Of a stretch of 64,000 nucleotides of DNA, positions 35,881-47,115 are shown piece by piece; within the stretch, counting starts at the first letter, position 1, and the number at the start of each line of letters is the position of its first letter. Source of the stretch: Psammoneis japonica (Eukaryota); the NCBI GenBank assembly GCA_008632985.1, contig QPGO01000008.1, positions 228,979 to 292,978 on the forward strand, read 5' to 3'. Under the pieces are notes generated by a model that saw nothing but the letters and a program-made list of their open reading frames with translations, searched no databases and had not been told where the DNA came from. Position numbers and translations under genes: made by a program.

Positions 35881-38800
35881 ATGGCCCCTGCTAACAGCAC
35901 CCGTTCGAAAACGGCATCCTCTTGGCGGGACACTCTGTCGTCACTCCAGGCCGCTGTGTCACCCATGTCGGCTGACGACTCCCCTGTCTCTCCTCCTCCG
36001 GCTGAGACTGACCCTGCTTCTGCTGGTGATGCAACGGCAGAGGATGCTTCGGTGCCTCACGATGCGCCCACGGCAGAGGACGCAATCGAGGCGGAAGCCA
36101 CCATTGCGGTGAATGTCACTGCTCCGGAAGCTGATGCGAGCCCTGAACAGACGGAAACCCCTGCCTCTCTCTCAGAACAGCCGCCGCTGCCAGTGCTCCC
36201 AACCCTGCCTCCACGCTTGCCGCCTGCCCCACCTCCTGAATGGCCTCACACGCCTCCTGGCAATCCCCTGCAGCCTGAGGAACCTCCCAACCCTCCACAC
36301 TCTCCTCCGACATCGCCTCAGGCTCTTCTCAAAATGCACGAGAGTCATCTTAACTTGGCTGTTGCCCGCATCCACGAATGTAAACGGGCACTGGATGTCT
36401 CTGCGGAAGAAGTTTCCAGGCTCAAGCGGGAGCTGCACGAAATCCGTTTGGTCACGAACAATCACGCCTCGGCCATCACGGACCTCAAACATGCTCGTGA
36501 TTTCAACCTCCTCCGCACCAAGGTTCAGACCCAAATGAAAGCAACTGCAGATGAAGCCATCGCTTTGGCTGGCAACGCGGCCAACGAAGCTTTGGCAACA
36601 CGTGACACCCAATTCCTGGAAGCTCTCGACAAGATGATTGTTCCGGTTTACGAAGCTGCGGAAGCAACGACACTTGAACGCATCCGCACCACATCGACGA
36701 ATGCACAAAACAACATGGCGTCTTTTGTGGCGGACCAAACCAGCCGGCTGGAATCGGCTGCCTCGGAAGCTGTCCATGCTGTGGGTGACCACGTCGGTGC
36801 CACCCGTAAAAAGTTCCAGGCTCGGCTTAAGCACAATGTTAAACTGCAAACGGATGACCTGGATGTCACCCTTGCCAGATTGGACTCCACCAAGAACGCC
36901 ACACAGCAGATTGTTCAGAATGGCTTTGCTGTGGCCAACACAATGGCGGCCCTCTTGGAAGACTGTGAAAACGCTGCTGCACCCTCTTCTCCGGACACCT
37001 CGTCTTCTCCGGCTGCAGGCCTCCAACATGTCACGAAGGACCACCTGGAGGACATGCTGAGAGATGACTTGGACGGCCTCCAGGCTCAACTGACCCTCCA
37101 ACAGGACACCGCTCAAGTGCACGCCGGTGAGATCAAACACGCCAATGATGCATCTGAAGCTGCTCGGCGTGCGGCAGCTGGGGTTCAGAAGGAACTGGGC
37201 AAATGTCGATCGGAGTTGTCGAATCTGACAGCGAACTTATCACCCGCCACCCCAGATCCTGGCCCAATGGTCACGGAACGCATTGCTTCGTCATTGGACA
37301 ACATCGCTGATCATCTCGTGACTTCGCCTGATCCCATGATCTCTCTGGCACCCCCGGTCGTTGGCACCAATCATGCTGCTACGAGCAAACCGGCCTCCTC
37401 TTCGGAACAATGCTGCAACTCCAAAACCTTCCGTGAGACCCCCGGCCCCTTTCTCCATTCCATGGAACCAAACGACATCGCTCTGTTTCTCAAAGGTGTG
37501 TGTGCACGGTGCACCCTGGCCCATGTTCCCATCCGGGATCCGGACACTCTCACTCGCGCACAGTCCGACTTCTGTAACCCGATGTTAGTGAGTGCGTCCC
37601 ATCGTCAATGGCATGCGATTGAGATGTGTTCCAAATTGGTGCAGGATGATGCACTTCCGGATCACCAACTGTGTGACGGTTGGAAAAAGACATGCGCCGC
37701 ATCGATGGACAGTTTTGCGATCCTCAATCACCTCGCGGCTCTTGGACTTCCACCCCTGACGGGCAAAATGGTTGATGCCCCATCCTGGAAAGGTGACCTT
37801 TGTGAGCTTGTGGTGGAATTCACCATTTGCTTCACTGCCGTGGAAGCCTCACACGCCAAGACGGATCCCACTGCACCCCCGGCATGCTCGGAATGCCAGA
37901 AGTCTCTCAAATTGCTGGAGGCAACACCGGCTGGCACGCATGAACCGGTGCTCCTTCTCAAACACCGTCTGAATGAGATTGGGGACCCCGCTCCCCTGCC
38001 CCATGATCTCCACCTGGTCTCTCTCATCACACAGATTGACCCCAGGCTTGCTGCGAATGCCGACCCGACGGGATCTTTGAGTGCATTCTGCAGCCGACCG
38101 TCTCGCGGCCGCCAGCCCATTTCGCTGGATCGACAGCACACCCCATTCCAGCCCCGGAAGGGTCTCATTTGTGATGCATGCGGAGCGCACGGCCACAGTC
38201 ACACAACTGCACCAACCTGGCCCGCACTGCTTTGCTGTTGGATTTCATCAAGGCAAACACGGAGAAAGTTAAGTCCATTGTTTCTAAATGGCATTCTCAC
38301 AACCAACGCCGCAAGGACTCACCACGCCCGACTGCCCATCCATTTGTGGCGGATGTCTCTCATGACATTGCCAACCATGTGATGGATGAAACGGCCTCGG
38401 ACCTCCCATTTGCATCGGATGCACCTCCGGATTTTCTGCAAGCCGGCCGCATGCTCCATCATTGTGCGGTGAACGGCTTGCCAATGGCTGCGGGGCAGAT
38501 GATCGGGACGATTTGTCGTCTCTGCCTTCCGCTGACTCTCCGATCCCTCCTTCAATCTGTCGCTCATTCGCCTCCAGCATCCCCTGCTTTGACCAGCTAC
38601 CGGACTGGAGCCATTCAGGCCGCCCTCCCGATCTCGCCAGCACAGATTCGGATTCTACGATGTCGCGCTCGATGCCGGACGATGACTCGCTCTCCCTGTT
38701 GGACGAGTCATGGGCTGCGGCGGTCGAGGATTTTGCCGAAGATCCTCAGGCTGCTCTGCACTGCTTTGCCACAAAATTTGAGTCAATGGAGTCCGTCACT

Positions 38801-39595
38801 CCTCCCACCATTGCGCTTTCCACAGCTCTGGCACTGGAACATGAAACCGCGTTGCTGCCCACCTTTCACTGTGCCAGTGTTGGGAACCTTGCTCCGGACT
38901 CTCCAGTGGAAGCATCAGGGCAGACGGACACTGGTGCCAATTGCAGTGCCACATCTCAACGACACCTGCTTGCCAACTGCCGCCGCTTTGCGAATCCCAA
39001 ACCTGTGAGCACAGCTTCTGCACCCGACACCACCCTCATGGCACTGGGAGCAGGCATGTGCACCATCCGTGACATGGACAATCGCGAGCATGACATTCCG
39101 ATGTTCTGCTGCCCTGGGCTGGGTGAAACCCTGATTTCGCCTGATCATCTGTGCAGAGCATCCAAAGAACAACACAGCCAATGCCGTGCTTTGCACTTTC
39201 AGGATTCTGGTCACGGCACACTCACGGTGACTGATCGGGGCCGTTCCATCATCCGGTCTTTTCCGATGGTGCACACTGACGGCTTGTGGTTCATGCCACG
39301 GCTCTGCCCCGATGCACCACTGGCTGACGGACACACAGAACTGGAGGGTGCAATGCGCACGTTGCGGATGCATTCACCGACTTTGAGAGACCTCGGATGT
39401 GAGTTCGATGTGCCCGATCCTCCTGGCAAATACGAACAGCTTGATTTGGATGCCCCATCATCCCCTGTGCCCATGGACCCTGTCCCTGAGCATCCCAGCA
39501 TCAGCGAGGACCCATCCGATGTTCCCACACCCCACTTGTCCTCCCTTCAACGCACTCTCCAGGGTCACCCTGAATCTCCCCATTTGTGGAGCATG
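35881..39595 (+). pseudogene. Copia gag (zinc knuckle), aspartic protease and start of the RT remnant
   Basis: CDACGAHGH..C near 38170, DTGAN near 38930 and LQGHPESPHLW near 39560. Frameshifted, with one Tyr in the 837-aa ORF. Confidence 0.8.
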
Positions 39596-40042
39596 TGCAG
39601 CATGCATGCAGACAAAAGGTTGTTTTTGTCACGCCCTTTGTGACATTTAAAGGCTGTGACACGTCGCCGTGATGCATTGGCTCTTGTCAGCAGCTGTGTG
39701 TTGCACTCCTCCCCATGCATCACGCGTCCGTGCGGCTCTTTACTAACGTGCACTGACACTGCACGGTTTTGGCGGAACAGTGTGGGTGCGTGCGAAGGAA
39801 CACACAGAACTGCACAGAGTTTTGCGCGTTCGACAGTGATCAACATTGCTGCAGACAACTCCCACTCAGGGTTTCGAACCCCTGGCCTCCTGCCCAATGG
39901 TTGCGATGAACCACTCCGCTAAGAATTCATAATGCAGCATGCATGCAGACAAAAGGTTGTTTTTGTCACGCCCTTTGTGACATTTAAAGGCTGCAACACG
40001 TCGCCGTGATGCACCAACTCTTGTTGGCAGCTGTGTGTTGCA
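39596..40042 (-). mobile_element. TRIM-like miniature LTR element nested in the Copia RT
   Basis: 110-bp TG...CA direct repeats at 39596-39705 and 39933-40042, TSD CATG and a minus-strand PPT ggggaggag at 39706-39714. Removing it restores the RT frame LWSMHVDKII. Confidence 0.85.
39858..39925 (-). ncRNA. tRNA-derived module (Pol III A box and B box) inside the TRIM; not an intact tRNA
   Basis: The minus strand reads TAGCGGAGTGGTTCATCGC (D-arm/A box) and CAGGGGTTCGAAACCCTG (T-arm/B box). The anticodon arm is short and the acceptor stem does not pair. Confidence 0.65.
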
Positions 40043-40046
40043 CATG

Positions 40047-41340
40047 CATGTGGACAAGATCATCCATGAACACCTCCATCTTGCCCCGACCACCCACGAA
40101 CCATGCATCTGCAGCGGTGCAGTGAACGGTGAAGAGGTGCCATTTCTGCGTCAAGTCGATGATTTCGCCATCCATTGCAATGGACTCGGACGCCACATGT
40201 CAACACATGTGCGACATTGTGGATGACCATGTCACCGGTGGCAAGATCAAACGTCAGGGCTTGCTCACCCTGTTTCTTGGTCATGATGTGGAACAGACAA
40301 AAGACTGCATCCGCTGCACAGCACCTCCTGCGTGAAGCGGATCTTGGCCAACCATGCTTTCCTGACTGACGACAACCTCGGCCCGCCTCCCGCCATCCCA
40401 ATGCCCGGCGATGCCTCCTGCTCCAAATCCCTCGATGAGGCTCCCACTCCGACTGACTCCAAGGCACCCAAGACCCTTCAACAACAACAGGGTTTCTCTT
40501 GCCGGAAGGCAGTCGGTGAATTGATGTGGGCCATGGTCACCACCCTCGTGGATCTCAGCTGCTCGATCACCAAGCTGAGTCAGCTCAGCTCTAATCCTGG
40601 ACAACTGCACTGTGAAGGCGTGGAGCATTCTCTCCGGCACCTCAAGCATCACCCCGATTTCGGACTTACATGCTGGCATCAACAACCTGACACGACACTC
40701 CCCCATGCTCCTCCTCCACCTCCGATGACTGCACCCCACGACCGAGTGCTGCTGCCCCCTCAGGCTTCATCTCCTGCCAAGCTCACAGGCTACAAGGACT
40801 CTGATTGGGCTGCCGACATCCGACACCGCCACTCGATTGCCGGCATTGCATTTCTCCTCGCGGGAGCTGCAACTGCATGGAAGACCAGAGTGCAACCGAC
40901 TGTGTCAACCTCTTCATTGGAAGCAGAGTTTGTTGCTGCATCAGACGCCGGCAAAATGGCACTTTGTCTCCGGTCTGTCATGGATGAACTGTCGGTCCCC
41001 CAGATGCAAGCCATGTCAGCATGCGAAGACAATGATGCATCCCGCAAGATGGCCACCGCAAGCCAACCCACACGCCGCACCCACCACATTGACATCCACC
41101 ATTTTGCTCTTCAAGACTGGGTCAAATGCGACTTAGTTCGACTGGATCGCATTGACACATCAGCCAATTGCAGCGACATGCTCACCAAGAATGTGGCGTG
41201 CATCTTGTTTTTCCACCATTTGGATGCATTGAGTGGACGTCACCATCCCCTCCATGTGCTGGATGGCAGTGACAACACACCACTGCACTGTTCACCAGAA
41301 GAACAGTGCACCCAGACTCACAGGGGTCATGATTCTCCCA
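40047..41340 (+). pseudogene. Copia reverse transcriptase C-terminal half plus RNase H
   Basis: PTTHEPC, FLRQVDDFAI, GELMWAMVT, DSDWA, SSLEAEFVA, EDN, HIDI and SDMLTK motifs. Confidence 0.9.
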
Positions 41341-41352
41341 GTGTGGGGGGGG

Positions 41353-41399
41353 TCTCAGTGGATCGTGTCATTCCTGCTTAGATGCAGGGATCTCTGTCA
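41353..41399 (+). repeat. 3' LTR (47 bp)
   Basis: Follows the PPT and is followed by the TSD GTTTG. Confidence 0.85.
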
Positions 41400-42541
41400 G
41401 TTTGTGATTGTGACCGTCTTGCTGAGCCACACTTCACAACTCACACTTTTTTTCAGATTTTGATTTCTGTTTTGACAGATGATTGTGCATTGCAAGCTGT
41501 GAGAAAGAAGAGCTGCATGTTTGCAAGGGCATTCCACTGATGGTTCGGTTGCAACTTTGGCAGGATGCCTGGTGTGATGCTCTCGTCCCTTTTCGAACAC
41601 ATCACATCTGCATGCAGTCTCAACATTGTCATTCATCCAAGCCATCTGAATCTCCAAATGACATTCATCCTCCCTGTCAAAATCTTGTTTGCCCACAAGC
41701 ACAAGAATCAGGACACAAGGTTTTGTTGTGCATCGAGTTTCCGTGCATTGTTGTCCTGGCAGTGACAACCAAGACACAAGTCAGTCTGCCGGAACTCTCG
41801 TTGTGGCACTCAAGCTGTTTTGAGCAGAAAGAGTTGAAGAATGATGCAATGCTTTGACATTTCAACAGTCTTTGTTGTTGCGGTGGAATGGCACCTGTGG
41901 CCTCCAACATGCCGGGTGCGGGTCTGCATTGCCAGTCATTCTGGTCATGGCTTGTGTCATGCAACCGCAGCGCTTTGTCAATTTCACCAAGGCACAGCTG
42001 AACAAGCACTCTGAGATTCCGTCATCCATGTTGTTGAAAGATTGTTTGTTGAGACAAAGAGACTCATCTGCATGCAAGTCCAGCAAGTGCAAACATCTTC
42101 AGAACAAGAAAGCTGTCACGGCTTTGATTCTCTGTTGCGATGACAATCAAGACATGGCGGGGCTACGTCTCTATCTTCAGGCCATCGAATGGGTGGGACT
42201 CAAGTGGATGGTTGGTCGAACCAATGGCAAGATGTGCCAAGGTCCGAGCACATCATTGAGTGTTGTTTGGAAAGCGTTGCTGGGGAAAGAACCCACCATC
42301 TGAAAAGCATCCAATGCTCCAATGTCAGATGCTCTTAAATGGCACCGCTGCTCTGGTTTCTCACACTCTGGGATCTTGAGTTGAGCAAAACTTCCTCCAA
42401 GCTTGAAGTCGACGATGGCAAGAGAAGGAATCTTTGACCTCTGCGCACCAGCCAACAGAAAGGTCTGCCAAGCATCATTCACTCAAGTCATTTGGGTTTC
42501 TCGAGAGCATGAATTGCGTCAACATGAATCTCCCACAAGTT

Positions 42542-42825
42542 CATGATGCCGAAAGCACGTCTGCTTTCAATCTTCTTTTGATGCAGGCATCTCTGACCCT
42601 TGGCGGTTGTTGCGCTTGATGTGTTCCCCGAGAAACGTCTCTCTCACAACACTCCAACAAACGAGGCAATGGAACATGATGCTGAAAGCACGTCTAACTT
42701 CAATCTTCATCAAATCCAAGAAGGAGACAACCTTCTTATGATGCAGGTGTCTCTGATGCTTGGCGGTTGTTGTGCTTGACATTTTCCCGAGAAACATGTC
42801 TCTCACGACACACCTGCAAACGAGA
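42542..42825. repeat. Two-copy tandem duplication (~125-150 bp)
   Basis: catgatgc.gaaagcacgtct...atgcagg..tctctga..cttggcggttgttg.gcttga...gagaaac occurs twice. Confidence 0.75.
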
Positions 42826-44227
42826 GCCTTGGCAGCTGTTCCAGTTGAAACAGCCCCTCGAGCGTCACATGTGAACGCCACCCATTCGCTCAATCACGAT
42901 TCATGTGCAGTGGTTCTGCAGTGCACACAGTTGAACCGAGTGCACTCTCCAAGACACAGCATTTGCTTCAATCAGTTTTCAGCACTCGCATTCTGACCTT
43001 GTGTGCCCTTCAAGTGATGGAGCAACAAGATTGCTTTCCTTGTCCGCAGCGGGATCGGTTTGCGTTCACATCAATCCTCAAGTTTGCCATGAGAACCTGC
43101 ATCAGTCCTGGTCTGCCAGAGTCTGTCTGATGCTCCAGGTTCCAAGACACTGTGAAGGCGTGACTGTCATTGCCTCTCCACGTGCAATGCCTGCCCAAGA
43201 TCATGTGTTTTTCTTTGGCCGTCAATCTTTGACCTTCAATCATGCACTCCAAGCAAGTGCATCAGCGATGACATCAGCTTGCAAGCCTGTCAGAAACCAG
43301 GCACTGACAACCGCAGATGTGATGCTGCAGTCTTGTCCCGCCCTCAAGCATGCGAGCAAAGCCGCACTCTTGCAGCAACAGCAATGACAATGCGAGCCAT
43401 TCAGAAACTCGAAGACTGGGCCACAGTTGAAGCTCGCCCATCCTTGCAATGGCATTGCTCAAAATTCAGAGACAATCATTTCAAGCCAAGCACAACAGCT
43501 GTGTGTCATTTCAAGCCAGTGCACAAGTCACGTTGGCCGCGCTTCACAGGAAGTTTCCTGAATGGGACGCGCCAAGCTTCCGCCAGCAGCGTGCCAAGTT
43601 GAGTTGGACTGGGAAAAGCATCCTGTCTTGCGACCAATTGTGTTGCCATGAATCTTGCATCGACCTTGCTCCCATGTGATTGACAGATTCTAAAATGGCC
43701 AAGCTCTGTCGTCAGCAACGCATCGTTGGCAACAGACTGAGTCGCTGCGCAGGTGTCAATGACAACTCTTTTTCAAGCGCTTCTTTGCAGTCACTTCTCA
43801 AGGGTTGAATGGCACCAACCGAATGTTCTTTTAGAGGATTGCCGAGTGACTGCTCAGCCCAAACCACAGCACAGATTTGCGCTCCTCGCTCCGTCTCGGC
43901 TTCCGGTGCACAGCCCTACACGCTTACTTACCGGCACCGGTTTAAGGATGGAAGACTTTATTCCCGCCCACTTTTTCAAAATTTGATTTCTCTTCATTCT
44001 CCTTGCACTTGTATACAAAAATAAGTAATGAACATTGTTCGGATTTGTATGTTTCCTTTCGATCTCAACGGATCCGTTGCGCAATTATCGTCCTTCGTAA
44101 ATGCAAGAGAAATATACAGGAAATGGCGATGATGTTTTCACACACTTTTTGTTCACAATTCATTCTCATTCTCATCTATTGAAGAAGGAGCTAGGCCACT
44201 GAAGATGCCATCAGCATTTACAGCAAC

Positions 44228-45622
44228 ATGAATGAATCCTTTCAACTCCCTGTCGATCTGCCTATAGAGCTCGACTGGAAGTATCGTGATGATATGAAGG
44301 AAGATCCAGAGGGAAGGCGAGCGGAAATTAGAGCCAGACTTCATCAACGCTATCCGTACCTGAACGAGCAACAAATTGACCTAGTCGGTGTACTCGACGA
44401 TGCAATTGATCACTCGGTACCTCAAGTGCATCTTCCTCGACTAAGAATCTTAAAATTTGAGGAGCCGCTGACATGCAAAGGATTTTTTGTTGCAATCAGA
44501 ATGCCACTTCTGGCTTATCTAGTCACAGTGTCTGTGGCTGTTGCTGCCGCCCTCTGGAACAATTCAGAGATACTGAAGATTTACCCGTACGCAATAACTC
44601 TTGTGACTTTTCTTGCAAGTGTCCCTTCCATCTTTCACCGATTCAGTCGCTATTATAAAATGGCGTTCTCTCTTTTGGGCAAGGCAAGGAAACGTGTGGA
44701 GCCCGCGATTGATGGCCTGGAACAACGAGCCTCCAACATGGTGTCTCTCGCTAGATCAAAATTAGATCAGTTCCTTGCTTCCATAAAGACTGAACTACGT
44801 CATGCTAGAATGGCAAAAGCGATTCTCAGGGAGGCAAATTATAATGCAGACATGATCCCAGATTGCTCAGACTTGGAAGGCTATCTTGACAATTCGGAAG
44901 CGCAGGTCCGCACCTCCATAGACAAGGCCAAGTCGACACTCAACGTTGATCAGTACATACCTTGGACGCTTCGAAGTCAGAGGCGATTTTCGCTGTGTGT
45001 GGTGTTTCCGATTCTAATTGTATTGTTAGGAATCCAAATGTGTTGCACGTGGTGGACAGGCGAGGCTTTGGAGCCAACAGAAAACAAGTGGGATCCAGTC
45101 ATTATCGCAAGCCAAACGTTTTTGATCGCACTCATCGAGACGGCTCTATCCTTTTTTGTAACACGGGCTAAGCGTGTCGTGGACTTTGTAAACCGAAAGA
45201 TTGGCACCATGAATAGGAGTGCCAATAGAATGTTGCGTAACAAGGTCGGCGATACGTTTCACTCCGTATTGGACCTTGCCATGATTCACGTCCGTCAGCG
45301 AGTGCTCAAGATTGTGGAGGCCTTGAATCAGGTACGAGGTGTAGGGATTGAGGCTCAGAGTGCTGCACATGGAGTTGAAGACAGCGCTGTGAAAGCCTCA
45401 GGCGCGATTCTTTCCATTGAGAACGCAATCGGGGGTGTTACGCAGAATGAGTCGCATGCTGTCTCAAATATGATGCAGCACGTCACTGATGCTTTGCATA
45501 CCGTAGTTGAGGGCATTGACAATTGTACTGGAGGTTTGATCAACTGTACAGACTATTTCACTCCATCGGGCGAAGCGTATGTGGAAACTGCATCTTCGGG
45601 TGCACGGCAGGTCGTGCTTTGA
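44228..45622 (+). CDS. Hypothetical membrane protein
   Basis: 464-aa ORF with two pairs of TM helices and helical soluble regions. Confidence 0.7.
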   Translation: MNESFQLPVDLPIELDWKYRDDMKEDPEGRRAEIRARLHQRYPYLNEQQIDLVGVLDDAIDHSVPQVHLPRLRILKFEEPLTCKGFFVAIRMPLLAYLVTVSVAVAAALWNNSEILKIYPYAITLVTFLASVPSIFHRFSRYYKMAFSLLGKARKRVEPAIDGLEQRASNMVSLARSKLDQFLASIKTELRHARMAKAILREANYNADMIPDCSDLEGYLDNSEAQVRTSIDKAKSTLNVDQYIPWTLRSQRRFSLCVVFPILIVLLGIQMCCTWWTGEALEPTENKWDPVIIASQTFLIALIETALSFFVTRAKRVVDFVNRKIGTMNRSANRMLRNKVGDTFHSVLDLAMIHVRQRVLKIVEALNQVRGVGIEAQSAAHGVEDSAVKASGAILSIENAIGGVTQNESHAVSNMMQHVTDALHTVVEGIDNCTGGLINCTDYFTPSGEAYVETASSGARQVVL

Positions 45623-46224
45623 CGTCTTTTCTTGTTGGGTTCTTCTAGCTACAAAGTATCCATGCTGTCAATTGGAATGGCCGTACTGCGATACGATCAA
45701 AATTTTGCAAGTGAATGCTTCCCATCAGAACTATCATACACATTGGCTATAATAACTATGACCTAGTAAAAGAATTAACTAGTGAAATGCGTCGTCGCAG
45801 TAGAGCCGAGCTTAGGTCCGGCAGCGCATGATGCATAGGAGGAGTGGATAAACAAAGAGAATGGAAATAGCTATTCAATAGTACTAGACTTCGTGGCTCT
45901 AACCAGTATTACCTGGTGCTTCTAGACCTATTCAAGAACATCGCAAGCATGCAATATTGCATTCGATTTTGGCTGTTGGTCTGAGTGTGTCAGTCTTTGT
46001 GGATAGCACAAGCGACATCCAATAGATCCTCCCTGTAGTCAACTGACACAAGTTCTAAGACCACTAGAAGTGACTAGTTCAACAACATCATCCTGAATCG
46101 TCTCGTCTATCAACAAGGGTATCTTGTTAGTTATCATATCTTCTTTCTACAGATTTACCCAATAAATTTCATTCACTATCTCAAGTAAAAGTGATGTTTG
46201 TAGGGACTACAAGTCGCATCTGTT

Positions 46225-46791
46225 TCATTTCTTTTTCTCAGTGTTTGAATCTACTGGATTGCCAGCCACACTCACCAAGTTGATGCAGTATCTGTTTCCG
46301 CTTCTATCCGGAAGATTGTGTCCCAAGTGCGTTCCATCCAAACTCACAGTTTCCCCATTTGGCAGAATACGAACAGAATCCCAAATAACTTCATCGTCTC
46401 TAAAAGATGGCCACCCGTGCTGCTTCGATTCCTTGACAAAGTCTTGAAACGAGCGACCCTTGGGCGCCACAAAGAGCGGTTTGCCCGTGTTGGAATCGTA
46501 AAAGGTAATCTCAAACTTGTGCTCAAATTCCTCAGCGGCGTCTTTGAGAAAGGATGTCTCTTGAAAGTACCCAGCGTATTCGGCATAATGTCGATTAAAG
46601 TTACAAATGCGATCCGCCGTACTCCAGTCGCAACCCCAACGCAGATTCTTCTGGACTCCGTCTGGATTGGGTGACGTGCCGTGCTCCTTCTGCCTCATGA
46701 TGGATTCGTCCCCCATTACACATGGCGGTGGGTAAACCTTACCACTTGCTGACCCAAACAGCGCTCCTAGAAATGATAAGAAACGTGTCAT
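46225..46791 (-). CDS. Peptide methionine sulfoxide reductase MsrB/SelR-like protein
   Basis: HGWPSF, GTHLGH and RYCIN motifs. Confidence 0.8.
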   Translation of the reverse strand: MTRFLSFLGALFGSASGKVYPPPCVMGDESIMRQKEHGTSPNPDGVQKNLRWGCDWSTADRICNFNRHYAEYAGYFQETSFLKDAAEEFEHKFEITFYDSNTGKPLFVAPKGRSFQDFVKESKQHGWPSFRDDEVIWDSVRILPNGETVSLDGTHLGHNLPDRSGNRYCINLVSVAGNPVDSNTEKKK

Positions 46792-47115
46792 TGCTACTGT
46801 GAGATGTTTCCTTTTCTTCAACTCTGTTTTCAGTTTCACTACTATGCGCTGTGTGTTGAGGTGTGTTGCTGTGTTGGGTGTGTCAGTGCTCCCGCGCGAT
46901 TTCAGATTTTCTGCGCTCAGTCAATTCTGCAAAAGGAATAAGGAATCATGGTCTTCAAAAATGTTCAAAATGTGAAATGAAGCACAAGCGCCCAGTCTCT
47001 AATCATCCGAAAAACTGCACAGCAGAAGCCAATCCCCGCAATGGCACATGGCAGATTGGCAGCGCATCGTTCATCGTTCTCCCATAAGTTCTCAGCAGCA
47101 CAGTTCATCCACATC

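Larger units (their letters stand above)
35513..41399 (+). mobile_element. Ty1/Copia (CoDi-like) LTR retrotransposon; integrase-deleted and hypermutated
   Basis: 47-bp direct repeats at 35513-35559 and 41353-41399, TSD GTTTG at 35508-35512 and 41400-41404, PBS ggttgtgagc and PPT gtgtgggggggg. Gag, protease, RT and RNase H motifs are present. Confidence 0.92.
34750..43910. mobile_element. TpA-depleted repeat block 2: decayed host element/gene interrupted by a Copia insertion
   Basis: Strong TA depletion throughout. The flanks 34750-35507 and 41405-43910 rejoin across the GTTTG TSD and contain splice-like signals (gtgagt near 34914, tttgacag near 41478). Confidence 0.6.

Noticed and set aside
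39858..39925. Functional tRNA gene
   Set aside because: The acceptor stem does not pair and the anticodon arm is too short.
35513..41399. ADAR-type RNA editing or an alternative genetic code as the cause of Tyr to Cys/His changes
   Set aside because: Changes occur on both strands, differ between paired LTRs and affect non-coding arrays, while host genes use Tyr codons normally.
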